A stretch of 63,251 nt of DNA, the filler included, from Olpidium bornovanus S191 (Eukaryota > Fungi > Olpidiomycota): NCBI GenBank assembly GCA_017911155.1. It is 29 parts of 29 records of this genome, joined end to end, with 100 filler letters (N's around TTAATTAATTAA, not from the genome) between each part and the next. Parts side by side here need not be neighbours in the genome. Positions count along the whole stretch, not along the records: positions 21,321 to 23,932 come from JAEFCI010001900.1; positions 24,033 to 25,989 come from JAEFCI010011652.1; positions 26,090 to 30,260 come from JAEFCI010005726.1; positions 30,361 to 31,562 come from JAEFCI010003563.1; positions 31,663 to 33,550 come from JAEFCI010004026.1; positions 33,651 to 35,483 come from JAEFCI010003956.1; 23 more parts are not named here. The stretch is one strand, 5' to 3'. This document shows, piece by piece, positions 21,321 through 33,800 of this stretch. Made by a program: the position numbers and the translations under genes. Below the pieces are notes generated by a model that searched no databases, was not told the DNA's origin, and was given only the letters and a program-made list of their open reading frames with translations. Each line of letters begins with the position of its first letter. The first letter of the stretch is position 1.

Positions 21321-23497
21321 CTCCCCGCCTCGGTCCGAGCGGTGCGTGCGGATGGTGAATCCCCGCCTTTCGACGGGGATGGGGACGGGGATGGGGACGG
21401 CCTTTCCGTATATCGATTTCAACCGTCCCTTCTGCCTTGACTGGTTCGTTTGCTTTTGAGGCTGTCCAAACGCGCCTGTTTGTTGGCTTGGATGATGAGA
21501 ACCAACGGGCATTGGGAATCATGTGTCTCGTTGCCCCGCTGTCCAGGATTATTCTGTTTGGTTTGTCACCAGCTCGTGCTGCGCCGTCAACTGGATTGTC
21601 TTCCTCGATGACGCCAGTTGCGCAGACTAAGTTGAATCCCGATTCGGCTTTTTTAACCTGCTGCGTTTTTGGCGTCATTGTCGCGGCCGTGTCTGGCTTC
21701 CTGGTCTCGTCCCTTCTGTTCTTTCCCTTGCGCGGGGCTCTGCATTCTTTTGCAATGTGCCCTATCTTGTCGCAGTTCAAGCATTTTATGCTTTTTTTCT
21801 TTGCCTCTCCGGCAGCACCAGCGCCGTTGACGGGTGTGTTGGGTGCCCTTTTGGGAGGTCAGCCGTGTAGTGGACACTTTATTATTCCCTTATTCCTCTG
21901 CTCAACGCATCGCCTTCCATCGATGTACCGTTCGACCTCGATGCTTTCCGTTCAATTTCGATCCCTCTCGCTCGACTTCGAAGCCCTTCGCTCGATCCCG
22001 ATGCTCTTCGGCCGACTTCGATACCCACCGCTCGAGCTCGATGTACCGCCCGCTTCTCCTTATTGTTCGGGCCCCCAATCGAGAGGGGCCCAAGTACGTA
22101 AAACCCCTGGTGTCCCCTCTTCTAATGAAGACAAGAAACTTTCGCCGGACACACCACCCACAACAGCCGCCCACTCGGGAGTCGCGTCTCGCTGCTTCTT
22201 GGACTTCCGCAAGGTTACTTAACGCGGGTACCATGAGCATGCCGTTGCATCTTGCTTCCGCTGGCAGGCCCATATGGAACTTAATAGTCCACGTTCGTTC
22301 GTCTTATGGCACGGGTAGCTCCATGTATAGCGCGTTCAACGTCTCAATATGCTTTTTGAGGTTATTGCCGCAGCTTTGTTGGGTAACCTCCATAAGTTTT
22401 ACTGTTGCCGCTTGCAAATGTTCTCTGGGGTAGTATGCGGCGACGAGCGCTCCCTTAAGGTCTTCCCATCGTCTCCACCGTGACGGGCTGCCCTGCGGGT
22501 TTGCCCGGCAGTGGCTTTGCCATATTACGGCGGCTTGTCCCATGAGGCGGGTGACCCCCAGGTCCAGTGTCTCTTCGTCGTTGAAGCCGGCACGGTTGGC
22601 TGCCATCTCGAGCTTATTAACGAACCCGTTCAGTGCCGGCACGTCCCCAGTCCCATTATACGTTGGGACTGCTCCAAGGAGCGTTCTTGCCAGTAGCGTG
22701 TTTAACGTGACCGTTCGTCCTCGTCGCATTCGCTGTACTTCCATGTGTTCTGATTTTCCCGGAGGTACTTCTCGACGCGCTCCTTTCGCACCACCTCTTC
22801 GTCGGGGTCGTAGTCGACGTCGTCATCGTGCTTCTCGAGCTTGACGGGCTCCTCCCTTTCTTCCCGAGCTTGTAAGGCAGCCTCCAGTACCCTGAAGTGT
22901 TCCTCAGCTCTTGCCAGGCGCAGACGTAGGTCTTCCAGCTCCCGTTCCCTATGCCTTTTCTCGTCTTCCTTCTGGTGGCGCTCCTGGAGTGCCCGAAGGG
23001 AGTCCGCCACGGACATGCGCAAGATGCGGGAGGCCGTTGACGCCACGCTGCAGTTTTCGTCTTGGCTCGTGGGCAACGCTCCCGGCATGCTGCGCGTTTC
23101 GTCACGCAGCCGCAGCTGGCTACTGCGTCGCGGGAGCATGCGACCGTCTTCCATGGTTGTGTCTTTGACCGGGAGTTGGTCGCGGGTTGGGCTCATAACC
23201 TGAAGAACGTAGACGGTTTTTTCGGGGGTACGGAGGAGCTCTGCTCTGCCGGGGCTGTATTTTCGCCGCCTTTGTTTACTCTCTATATGTGTACGGAAAA
23301 GGGGACTACGGTCCAGGGGCGGAGAGTGCGCAGTGCCCCCTTTACTATGCCTCCCCCTTTTCCAACAGGGCGGCCAGGCCGGGAGGGAGGGGAGGAGGGG
23401 CGCTGGGGGCTGTGCTCTCTGCCGGGGGGGGGGGCCTCTGCCCAGGCACTGCTGGGCCTGGGTGCGGTCCGCGTGCCCAGAGAGGGAGGGGGGGTCG

Positions 23498-23541
<44 letters not shown>

Positions 23542-23546
23542 AAAAA

Positions 23547-23589
<43 letters not shown>

Positions 23590-23650
23590 TTCCCCCCCTC
23601 CCCCCTTCCCCACCTTCCCTCCCGCCCGCGTTCGGCGGTGTTTTGCCACA
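21321..23650 (-). mobile_element. 5' part of an LTR retrotransposon: LTR end, PBS, gag (capsid, CCHC) and Copia-type protease; degenerate
   Basis: LTR ...TTCA| then PBS at 23200-23189. Gag AVPTYNGTGD...WEDLKGALVAAYYP...FHMGLP with an in-frame TAA and frameshifts. CLNCDKIGHIAKEC at 21783-21742. IILDSGATRHM protease at about 21550. The LTR 5' limit near 23650 is tentative. Confidence 0.9.
23187..23200 (-). promoter_or_regulatory. Primer-binding site GGTTATGAGCCCAA, complementary to the anticodon arm of initiator tRNA-Met (half-tRNA priming type)
   Basis: The + strand reads ttgggctcataacc, matching the tRNA-iMet GGGCUCAUAACC segment. It lies immediately after the LTR-terminal CA. An identical site is at 50265-50278. 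Confidence 0.85.
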
Positions 23651-24215
23651 TTTTTTTTTTTCGGTCTCATTTTTCTGCGGGCGTGGGGGGTGTCTCCCCC
23701 CCATCGGTTAAGGGTTTTTTTCTGCATCCTATATACCCTTTTTTGTTGCGGAGGGGGAAAAGAGCTGGGAACGGGTGACAGGGACGAGGCGGGGCGGGGG
23801 GGGTTTTTTTTGTGCGGGCGGGCAGAAGCGAGACCGGGCGGGGGGGGGGGGGGGGGGCCCCCCCCCCCCCCCCCCGCCCGCCCCCCCCCCCCCGCCCCCC
23901 GCCCCCCCGCCCGCCCCCCCCCCCCTTCCCCCNNNNNNNNNNNNNNNNNNNNNNNNNNNNNNNNNNNNNNNNNNNNTTAATTAATTAANNNNNNNNNNNN
24001 NNNNNNNNNNNNNNNNNNNNNNNNNNNNNNNNCATGGAAACGTGGGAGGGAGGAGTGTTGTGGGGGCCGGGGCACGTTCCGGAGGTGAAGGAGTGGGGGA
24101 GGGGAGACGAGGCGGGCGTATTTTTGACCTTTTCCCGCTGGCGGGTGCGGGACGGGGATGGCCCCCCCCCTTCTTCGCTTTCCCTTTTTTTGAATTATTT
24201 TTCCTTTGCAAACAG

Positions 24216-24844
24216 GTGACCGACAAGCAGTCGCAGCAGGACGCGCTGCGCGCGAAAAGGGCCCAGGAGGCCTACGATCGGGAGTGGCGGAAGAAAGAGA
24301 AGGACCTCGCCGAGAAGACGGCGGCGCAGGAGGCCGCGCTGCGCGAAGAGCGCGCCCGCCAGCAGCTCGACAGGGAGCGGGCGGTCGCGGAGGAGGCCAG
24401 GCAGATGAAGAAGGAGTTCTACGAGAACATCAGCAGGCAGAAGAATGAGGAAGAGCGGCTCCGGCTCGAAGAGGCGCAGAAGTACGAGAAGAACAAGGCT
24501 TATTCTCTGGAGGTGCAGGTAAGAAAAAAAAAATAATCAATTTAACCGACCCGGCCGGGAGAAGAGCGCCGCGGAATTTTCTAATTTTTCTTTTTTTTTT
24601 TTTTTTTTTTCCCCAGAGGCAGATCAAGGAGAAAGAGGAGGTGCGCCGCAAAGAGCGGACGGATTTTTTTATGGAAGGGGTAAAGCTCGCGACGGAGCGG
24701 GTGGAGCAGAAGAAGCGGCTGGAGGCGATCAAGGACCGGAAGCTCGCCGAGCTTCGCAGCGCCGGGGTGCCCGAAAAGTACTGCAGAGAGGTCGCCAGGA
24801 AGACGGCGTCCGAGCGGGAGACGGCGGCCAAACTGAAAGTCTAG
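24216..24844 (+). CDS. CFAP45: Cilia/flagella-associated protein 45 (CCDC19), C-terminal two exons (24216-24518, 24617-24844)
   Basis: QDALRAKRAQEAYDREWRKKEK...KLAELRSAGVPEKYC is diagnostic. GTAAGA/CAG intron, stop at 24842-24844. Confidence 0.93.
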
Positions 24845-27800
24845 AAAGAGAAAAAAAAAGGGAAAGAGAGAGAGCGAGAGGGAGAGAAGAAGTTGGCGGC
24901 CAAACTAAATGTCTAGAACGTGAAAAGAAAAGGAGAGCGAGAGGGAGATTGAGCCTGAAACACAAAGAAAAAAACTGCGGGGCGGGAGAAAAAGGCGGGA
25001 CGTGATGATGGCGGCGGTAGCAACTTCATATCGTAGGCGAGGACCAAAGTTGTCATCGGGGGCTGGAAAACAAAGACGCGCCGTGCGCGTCACCCCGTGC
25101 AAATTATAATCCCCATCTCTCGCTTCGGGCTAAACGGGCCGAAGTTCTTTCCAACCTTTCCCCCCCCCCCCCCCCCCACCCCCCCGGTGGGGCGGAGCGC
25201 TTTTTCGCAAGTTATCTTACCCCCCCACTCCCCGCGTTGCACATACGAGCACAGAACTTTCGACCGCACAGTACCCGCAGATATCCGTCCCGCCCCCCCT
25301 TCTAGGCCACGCCTTCCCCCCCCAACTACCCCAGCACCCCCCCTCTCCCACCCCGGCGCTCCCGACACACACACACACACGCACCTTCTTTGCCATTGTC
25401 TTCATTGTGGGTAGATGCTGGACCTTGCCGACGGTGTTCCCGGACCCTAGCTACTTCCAGGGTCTGCAGGCTTCTGCTCTAAGGCCCAATTTCAGCTCCA
25501 CGCCGATATCCAGCTCCGACAGCTGGTGGGTGATGTCCGCGGCGACCTCGGCCCGCGAGGTGAACGCGGATACGCCCGGCCGGCGCCGCGTCCGACGCGC
25601 TCTTCTGGGGGCAGCGACAGCCCCGTAAATTTTCGCTTCTTCCGGATGGAGGGGGTAGCCCCCGGCGACGCTGCGGACGGCGTGGCGAGCTTCGGCTCGC
25701 AGCAGGCAGGCAGTTGTTCACTCGGCCGCTGTCTCCCCTTCCGGAAGCCGGTTTACTCTGTCTCTCAGGGTGTCTCTTTCTCGCTCTTTCTCGCTCTCGC
25801 TTTCTCTCTCGTTACGGTTCAGGCTGGCGGTGCGCTGCTCGCGGACGACACGCGTACGCGCGTGGGTGCATGATAAAGCTGCATCTAACCCAAGGGCTCT
25901 CTTATGACGCTTTTGGTGTCGCTAACGCTCTCAAACTTCCCATATCGAAGTTTGCCGCATATGACAGACACAAAGTCCGGTACCAAAAGNNNNNNNNNNN
26001 NNNNNNNNNNNNNNNNNNNNNNNNNNNNNNNNNTTAATTAATTAANNNNNNNNNNNNNNNNNNNNNNNNNNNNNNNNNNNNNNNNNNNNCATGAGGATGA
26101 AGGGTGTCAACATCCAGAGAGACGCCGTGATAGGCGACAGGGTGTTGTCCGGCTTCAACATCGAAGACCTGCAGTCCTTCTACACAAACAGCAAGCGGCG
26201 AATCTGTGTGGACGAACTACCGACGTCTAGCACGCGGAGCGAAGGTGAGATTTCTGTGCTGGCAAGTACAACGCGACATCCGAGGACAGCAGAATGCTCT
26301 GGAGATGAGAACGTCATTCAGCGAGAAGGTGGTGAGCATGGACGGCGGGTGTTTTGGTCAATACATGTGAGAAGTTATAAAAATCAAACAAGGAACACTA
26401 CCGCCCGAGCGGGGAGCCGGCCGGCGATCTGGTCCCCACTAGTCGGTGTATATATATACAAACCCTCGCTCGAGGGGTGGCAGGGCGGCTGGATGGCTAG
26501 GCCCTTGCTGCGAAGGGCCGGGCGCGGGCGGTACACGGGACGTTTTCCCCTCTTCCGGGCAACACACGGCGTTCGCTAGCACCTGTACTTCACTAGGCCT
26601 TTCAACGGACTCTTTCGAAGGACGGGTCGAAGTGCTTCCCCTTCTCTCTCTTCCTTGTCTCCACCGTCGACACCTCCGCCTCGTCCCAAGGAGCGCGCCG
26701 ACGCCGTCCGCAGGCGCCGCGGTCGCAAGCCATTCGAAGGCCTTGGGTTCTTTCCTTTGTCTATATTCTTGCATAACTGCGGAGACAGAAAAATGAGCGA
26801 GCGGAGAGCTCGTGCAAAGCTTTGGTGGGGCATAGCTACGCAAGGTCCGAGTCACGTGACCCGGCCGAGGGGGGGGGGGGGGGAGCATGACTCCCCTCCG
26901 ACACCGGGTGCCCGGTGCGAGCCGACTGGCAACCCGCTCCCTGCCGGCGGCAAATTGGCTCGGGGCGCGCGGGCGGTCGAGGGAGGCGAGACGCTATGGA
27001 GATGAGAACAATGTTCATCAGGTATGAGCACCGACCGTTGTTATTGTTGATGTTGTTTCAGCGATGGCCATGGCGCATGGCCAGGTTGGCCATGCGCGAT
27101 GGCCAACGCGCATAAATCCACTGGGTCCGCATTGGTACCAAGGCTAAACCGCGAGCTCACGTCGACGCGAGTCGTGCCGAGACAGTATAGGACTGGGTGA
27201 GTTAGCAGACACGTCGAAAAGCTGAGGGCAGGAGCTGGCTTGGAAAGTACTTACAAAGCCTCTCGATAACCCCCAGCTCATTACACTCCTCTCCGGCCAC
27301 ACGGTAGAAGTCGCCAGTTCCTTGCAGGCGGATATGTGTGAACGCAGCGCGTCGACGTGGCCCTTTGCGGCCCCGGGATCCAAACACGGTGAGGCGTTTC
27401 GTCATCGTAGTGAGCGTTGTTTCGAGCAGTACGCCGAGGGCGACAGCGACAGCCTTCCCCATTGTCTGGTCGTGCTTTGGGGAAGCGTGGTGGGAAGCGC
27501 GGCGGGGCGTCCGGAAGGCCGAAGACGGCGGTTTTTGGGAAGCGCGGCGGGGCGCTCATAGAAGGCCAAAGACGGCGGGGTGTTTTGCACGGGTTCCGCG
27601 GCTTTCCGCTTATTGCGTGACTGCGCATTTTAACCCCGCTGGGAGAGGAGGTGCGACGGACAGCGGCACGGGCCACGTGGTTGGGAGACAACGGGACCTG
27701 CGCTTTCTCCCCAGCCCGGCAAACTCGGCGTGTACCCGCTTTCCTCCAGGGGAAGTGCAGGACCGGAACGCAGGTTCTTTCCGAAGCGCACGTCCTTTCC

Positions 27801-29847
27801 TTTGTCGCGGCAACCTCACGCGTCTATCCTTTCCATAGCCCAACGGGGAGTCTCGGCCGGTGCGCTCCTCCAAACTTTCTGAACACCCTTGAACCGTAGC
27901 AACTACTGGCCGAATGCTAACACGCGAGCATCCAGGCAGACACGCACCCTCGCGCGCCTGACGCCTTCGCGCAGGACAGCTCCGCTTCCACCGCACCGCG
28001 CAAGTCTTACGCGAAAGTTGAACCCCGGGTAGTCTCGTAACCGCTGTGTGTGCCCACCCGGACCAACACCATCCGGCCAACACTGTCCGCCCTCCGTGCA
28101 CATCCGGGTTGGCAAATCTACGACGTGTCACGCGAGCGTTCAGACAGCCACACTCCTTTTACGCTCCAGAAGAGTCCCGCCTACACGCAGGGCAACCCCA
28201 TTTCTTCAGGCGAACATTGGTTGCGCGTGGTCTTCGACTTGCCAACTCACAATGTATGCTTCTTTATTTACCCCTCTGGCGTGATTTTGCCCATTGCGAC
28301 GTCAGGCTTCCAAGCCAGCAGCAGCACCGTTGACCATCTCCACACCATTGAATCGCCAAAAAAGCTAAGTATAAAATGCGTTTTTGATTGGGGCACACTT
28401 CACTGGGCGGCCGCTCACGCTTCGGGGTGCAGAGAATGCTGTGGATGTTGCGGGGTGCGGCGCTGGTTGTGGTTGGGGCATGCTTCGTTTCTGTCCTGGG
28501 GCTGTGATTGGTGTCGTGCGTTTGGCACGCCGGTGGGATATTCGGCGTGTGGCTTGCTTTAAGTCGTATGCACAATTGGTGGCAATCCAACCCTCTGGTT
28601 CCGCTCGTCGAACTATGCTTAGCCATTGGCAGTACTGCGTCGGGGATGTTGGTCCAGGAGAGTTCGCCCTACAGAACATTTGTGATGAAGCGTGTGGTAT
28701 ACTGGCACTGCTGACCTGCCCTCTCCGGTTCATTTGTCCTTCTACTGCGGCATGTTGAATAACCAGTAGTTAAGTTGGACGCTTCATGACCTGGTTGCTG
28801 TCGAGGTGGCACGATTACATTTGCTTCATTTCAGCGGCAGGTGGAGTTTTTTTCCCTCATTGAGGGCTTTTTTTCCTCCAGAAAAAAAGGGAAGCTTGTC
28901 AAACACCTCCACGTGGTGCTTCCTGGGCAACGGCTTCTGTCACAGCAGAACCGGCTAAGATTTGACTTTCACGTCGCACATATCCAACTTCTGTTTTTCA
29001 GAAGCAATGAGATATGCGAGGAAATCTGGCGCGGCAAAGCTTTCCCTGACACTTAATCACCCGCCGCCTTCCGATACTCAGCAAGGTAATTGACGCGCTC
29101 AGCAAAGCTCCCAATGTTAAGCATATTGAGTTTGACAATGCTCGCCAACCGCTGCCGTCTTGTGGCTCAGGCCCTTTCACGGGAAACTCGAAAACATGGT
29201 CGTTCCACTCTGGACTAACCCGGTTTCTGACAACAAGGGCAGGTGCGTGCTGTTCACCGAGTATCAAACACGTGTATGTGTAAGCGAATTCGTTGGATGT
29301 GTCTCTGGAGCTGCCGGGTTAGTTTCCACATTTGCAAAGGCTCATTTCTTTTATACATCGATAAGAATATATTTTTCGTTAAACGCCTTTTAAGGAAAAG
29401 GTACATTTGGTACATTGACATTTTCAAATATGCATCAAAAATGTGTCATTTTGAGTAGTTTCAGTGCGGTTTTCGTTCATTTCAGTGTGATTTCTGGAAA
29501 AGTACATCTGGTACATTTGGTACATTTGTTTTTCAAATTGTATTGTTTTTATTTTAGTGTTTACTACCAATTACATATTCACCAATAATTCTGAGCCGAG
29601 CTCAGAGGACAGTGGGGTCTTGTTCGGTTTGTTTTTTACTTTTGTATTGTGTGTGTGGTGCAGCTATGAGAAAACATAGAGAGGACAATCTCTATGTCTT
29701 ATGTATGAGCCATGTTCACTCTCGATAGTAAAGGCCTGTCAGGGAGCACGCTCCGGTGGCGTCAAACCCCTCTCGACCTACGTCAAGTCCTTATCGAGGA
29801 TAGCCCGTCAAGCACCAAAATCACGTGACCTAGAAATCGCCGAGTTC

Positions 29848-29871
29848 ACTAGACACACCGGTGTGTCTAGT
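29848..29871. repeat. Perfect 24-bp palindrome ACTAGACACACCGGTGTGTCTAGT flanked by two TCACGTGACC motifs
   Basis: Self-complementary on inspection. Flanking motifs at 29821 and 29880. Confidence 0.95.
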
Positions 29872-29977
29872 CGCGACGTCACGTGACCTCTAGACCAAGA
29901 CTTAGACGGTGTGTATAGTGAGCACCAGCGCTGTGGTGAGCCATAGCATTGGCGAATTACCACCACGCTGTGGCAGC

Positions 29978-30135
29978 GGAGAATAATTCCAAGGCCTGGC
30001 GCCAATACCGACGCCACAATAATGGCCTGTGGAATATTTTCGAGCCCGCTGCCAGTACCGGCGCCGTAATAAGAGATATTGCGGAATATCTCTGAGCCCA
30101 ACGCCAGTCCCGGAGCCGCAATACTGGATATTGCG
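29978..30135. repeat. Three degenerate 52-53-bp tandem repeats
   Basis: GGA(G)AAT(A)...GCCA(A/G)T(A/C)CCG...AATA units start at about 29978, 30031 and 30083. Internal hairpin AGAGATATT-gcgg-AATATCTCT. Confidence 0.6.
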
Positions 30136-30497
30136 CACCGGTATGGCAGGGCGCACCGGTACGTGGCACCGCGTACCGGCGGTACGTGCAACACTATCAA
30201 GATCCAACACCGTACGGCGTAACGGCGCAGGCATTAGGCCGCGCCTATATAAAGCGCCACNNNNNNNNNNNNNNNNNNNNNNNNNNNNNNNNNNNNNNNN
30301 NNNNTTAATTAATTAANNNNNNNNNNNNNNNNNNNNNNNNNNNNNNNNNNNNNNNNNNNNAGGCCGTCTTATGCAAAAAATGAGAATGACCGGTGAAACA
30401 TCGAGGCTACGGGGAACGAAGAAGAAGGGGGCGGGGGGATGAGAGGGAACAGGAGCGAATGGACCGTTGTTTATGGTCATGCCACACGGCCTTACCT

Positions 30498-30780
30498 CGG
30501 CCTCTTCACAATGATTTCATATCCAAATATGCGGCCGAAAAACACGAGATCGCCGATTTCGGATTGGTTGCCAACCTCCCAGGCTTCCGGGCCATCCCGG
30601 CGGCACAGCTGGACATCCCGGAGGAGCAGGCGTGCCGCCGCGTTCACCGTCACCGACAACAGAGCCACGCCTGCGGCCGTCCAGAACCCGGCCGGCAAAA
30701 GTCCCCAGGCGGCGCTTTCGCCGTCGGTTCCCGCCGCCCGCGCGGCTGCGCCGGCCGGATGCGCCGCGGCCGCGGGACCG
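30498..30780 (-). CDS. Exon of an unidentified protein with a hydrophobic segment
   Basis: GC3-rich open frame ...AWGLLPAGFWTAAGVALLSVTVNAAARLLLRD...GDLVFFGRIFGYEIIVKRP ending at a GTAAGG donor. No family recognised. Confidence 0.4.
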
Positions 30781-31662
30781 CGTTGGACGACGCGTTGCCG
30801 GAGCTTACCGGTCGACGGCGACCGCCGGACACGCGGTTTCTGCGTTGGATACGGCGAAAAGACGAAATGGTGCGCGGTTCACGTTACGACGTTGGGGACA
30901 GACGTCAAACCCTGTCCGCCGCGGGTTAACGGAATGAGGGGAGACGGGGGAGGGTGGGGAAAGGGGGGCGACATTTCGTGGGAAACTTTGGGCCGAGGAT
31001 TTACTCACGGCCGGAAGGTCGGATTTGTGCCTTCGCGCCCGGAGCGCTGGCTCCGCAGGAAGCGGGGCGTCCGCAGCCGGGCTGTCCGCAAGTACCCTCG
31101 TCGGAGATTGCGACCTGTTCAACGACCTCAGCGAAGCCATGCTGGACGGTACCAAACGAAAACAGGCGTTCATTTCGAGACTCTGGCGACCCCACAGCGG
31201 AAACAATAGACGGCCCCCGAAATTGGAAACGGGAGGGGCCGCCTGGTAAAGTGAAAGCGAGGATTCCGAACTTACCTTCCGCTGCGGGGCCTCGGAGAAA
31301 TCAGGCTGCCGTCCGAAATCCTCCCCCATTCAACCTTTCCAGGCCGAACTTCCACGGGGGACCCGTTCACGGTGATTGTAAACATCGCGCCGTCCCCTTC
31401 TGCGCCGCCAACGACGCCGAGTTGGAGGTCGGAATCCTGGTCTTCGCCGTCTGCCGGAGAAAGCCCGACCAGCCACTCCCTGGCACCGGAACCTCCCTGC
31501 TCCGCGTCACGCACAGACGATTGTCCGTCTTCCGATTCGAAACTTTGTTGACACTCCGCATGNNNNNNNNNNNNNNNNNNNNNNNNNNNNNNNNNNNNNN
31601 NNNNNNTTAATTAATTAANNNNNNNNNNNNNNNNNNNNNNNNNNNNNNNNNNNNNNNNNNNN

Positions 31663-32334
31663 CGTAGTTTGCTCGGGATCTTGCGGAAAAGTTGCAACGG
31701 TCGTCTGCAGGACTGGGCTAGGAAATTACCTTTAGCTTTGTGGGCAGACCGAACAACGGTGTCCCGATCGACCGGGTACATGCCAGCGGAGCTACTAACT
31801 GGAGCGCGCCCGTCTTTCCCGGTGGACATGCACATGTTAAGTTGGGCAGGCTTACCATGGAAGGATGGCTGTACAACAGATGAGCTTATTGCGTTGCGGC
31901 TCAGGCAGCTAGAAAGACGGGAAGTCGACCTTGAACGGGCTAAGGAGCGACTGGAGAACGAACGGTAAAAGGCAAAGGAGACGGTGGACTCAGCCCGAAC
32001 GACACGAGAACAAACCATTGAACCCGGAGAATGGGTCTTAGTGCGGAATGATCGAATATTCAACGAGTTTCGTACAGAGCGAATACTCTTGCCTCGGTGG
32101 TTTGGGCCCTTTGTTTTGGATGAAGTAAACCGAGACGCTCGAACTTACGTCCTTCGTGAGCTGGATGAAACCCCGTTAAAGACTCGATATTCGGGAACTC
32201 GGATCCGGCTGTTCCACCGTCGAACTGGTGAGATGCGAACGGAACCAAAGCAACTGGAGGCGGAGCTCAGCGAAGAAGACGAGTTGGGACGTGACGAAGA
32301 AGAAACAGACCTGCGCTCAAGAATGCACGATTAA
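31663..32334 (+). mobile_element. Ty3/Gypsy integrase C-terminal part (one in-frame stop)
   Basis: WARKLPLALWADRTTVSRSTGYMPAELLTGARPSFPVD...IEPGEWVLVRN...PRWFGPFV...TYVLRELD. TAA at 31966-31968. Confidence 0.9.
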
Positions 32335-33755
32335 TACGTAACAAGCGTATTTGAACTACGACGCCCTGATTCCTCGTCGAGGATACGTAGGCAGTCTCTG
32401 ATCGTTGGATACCCATCGAGAGACGCGGGACAAATAAAAAAATTGTGCAGCGTGGGACACGGAAGATTGCCGGAGGACGCATTCGGGACTGGACCATACT
32501 CGCTCGTCGACCACGTTTGCTGACAGTGCTATCTGCGGCGTTATGAACGGTTAGGTCGATGAGAGGGAATGTGACGCCTCGAGGCTCCAAACGTCAGGTT
32601 GAAAGCGAAAAAGGGATGAGGGGGATCTCGAATGGAGGAGGCAGGGCGACTGAGTTTCAACGACCAAATTCCAAAACTTGATCTCGAAATTCCACCATAC
32701 TCCCGGTTTTTTTTTAATTTATTTTCCTCTGAAGGACAGGGGAAAGGGGAGTGGCGTTGCGACTACGGAGCGGGCGGCGTGTCAGCTGCCGCCGAGCCGG
32801 GAGCCGACACGTTGCCGTTGGAGGAAGACCCGCCGGGAGCAACGGTCGCCGAGGAAGACCCACTGGCAAATGGCGGCGCGGGCGCGGTCGCCGAGGAAGG
32901 CTTGCTGGTAGCAAGGGGCACGGGGACCGAAAAGGTGGAGGTCGACGACGGAAGGGCGACGACGGCTGTTGTCCGTGACCGTGTGCTACGATGACTGCTG
33001 GGGGCGGTGGCGGTCGCGATCCTGCGACTTGTTGTGGAGGCGGAGGTGGAGCCGGATGTTGCCGGGGCAGGCGCGTGTCTGGTTGTCGACGCGGAGGCGT
33101 GGCTGGCGCGAGCTTGCGACCGTGTGATGCGATCCGAAGGGGGAGGAGCACCCTCGTCCCTGCCGCCTCCCTCAGGATTGTTGTCGTCGTTGCGCGGAAC
33201 GTCCCGCGAAATGTCTGAGAAGAGAAAATTTTGTGAGCGTGTTTGGCCCTGGTCGACCTGGGACACGTTAATGGGAGGATCCTCTCGTGCGACCGCGAGC
33301 CGGCGGAGAAAATTATAGGATTCGGCGCTTTGATGGAGCTCCAGGAACCAAGAGTTCCGGGCGTCAGGAGAAATGGCTGCCGGGGCATTGTCTGCAAGCT
33401 CGGCGTCTGGCTGCGACGGAGAGACCGGGTGCATGGCCCTCCACTGCAAAATTGTGTGGAATCTCCCAGTAGTTTGAGATCCAAAACAAAATTCCCAACT
33501 GCTGTGGTGTCATTGACGGCTTTCACATCACAATGGAGCATTCCGGGAACNNNNNNNNNNNNNNNNNNNNNNNNNNNNNNNNNNNNNNNNNNNNTTAATT
33601 AATTAANNNNNNNNNNNNNNNNNNNNNNNNNNNNNNNNNNNNNNNNNNNNCCGTCGTCCCCGCTTGGATCTCACCCTCCAAAAAAAAAAAAAAAAAAAAA
33701 AAAAAAACCCCCCTTCCCCCCCCCCCCCCCACCCCCCCCCCCCCCCTTTTTCCCC

Positions 33756-33800
<45 letters not shown>

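Noticed and set aside
27600-28760. Overlapping ORFs of 70-170 aa, possibly a decayed retroelement
   Set aside because: No RT, endonuclease or gag motifs could be confirmed in any frame.
30540-30600. Kinase-like IADFGL on the + strand
   Set aside because: There is no HRD or other kinase motif. It is the antisense reading of a better-supported minus-strand exon with a GTAAGG donor.
32714-33541. Ser/Thr/Ala-rich minus-strand ORFs next to the Gypsy integrase
   Set aside because: They are low complexity with no diagnostic motif, and a real exon cannot be distinguished from GC-driven open frames.
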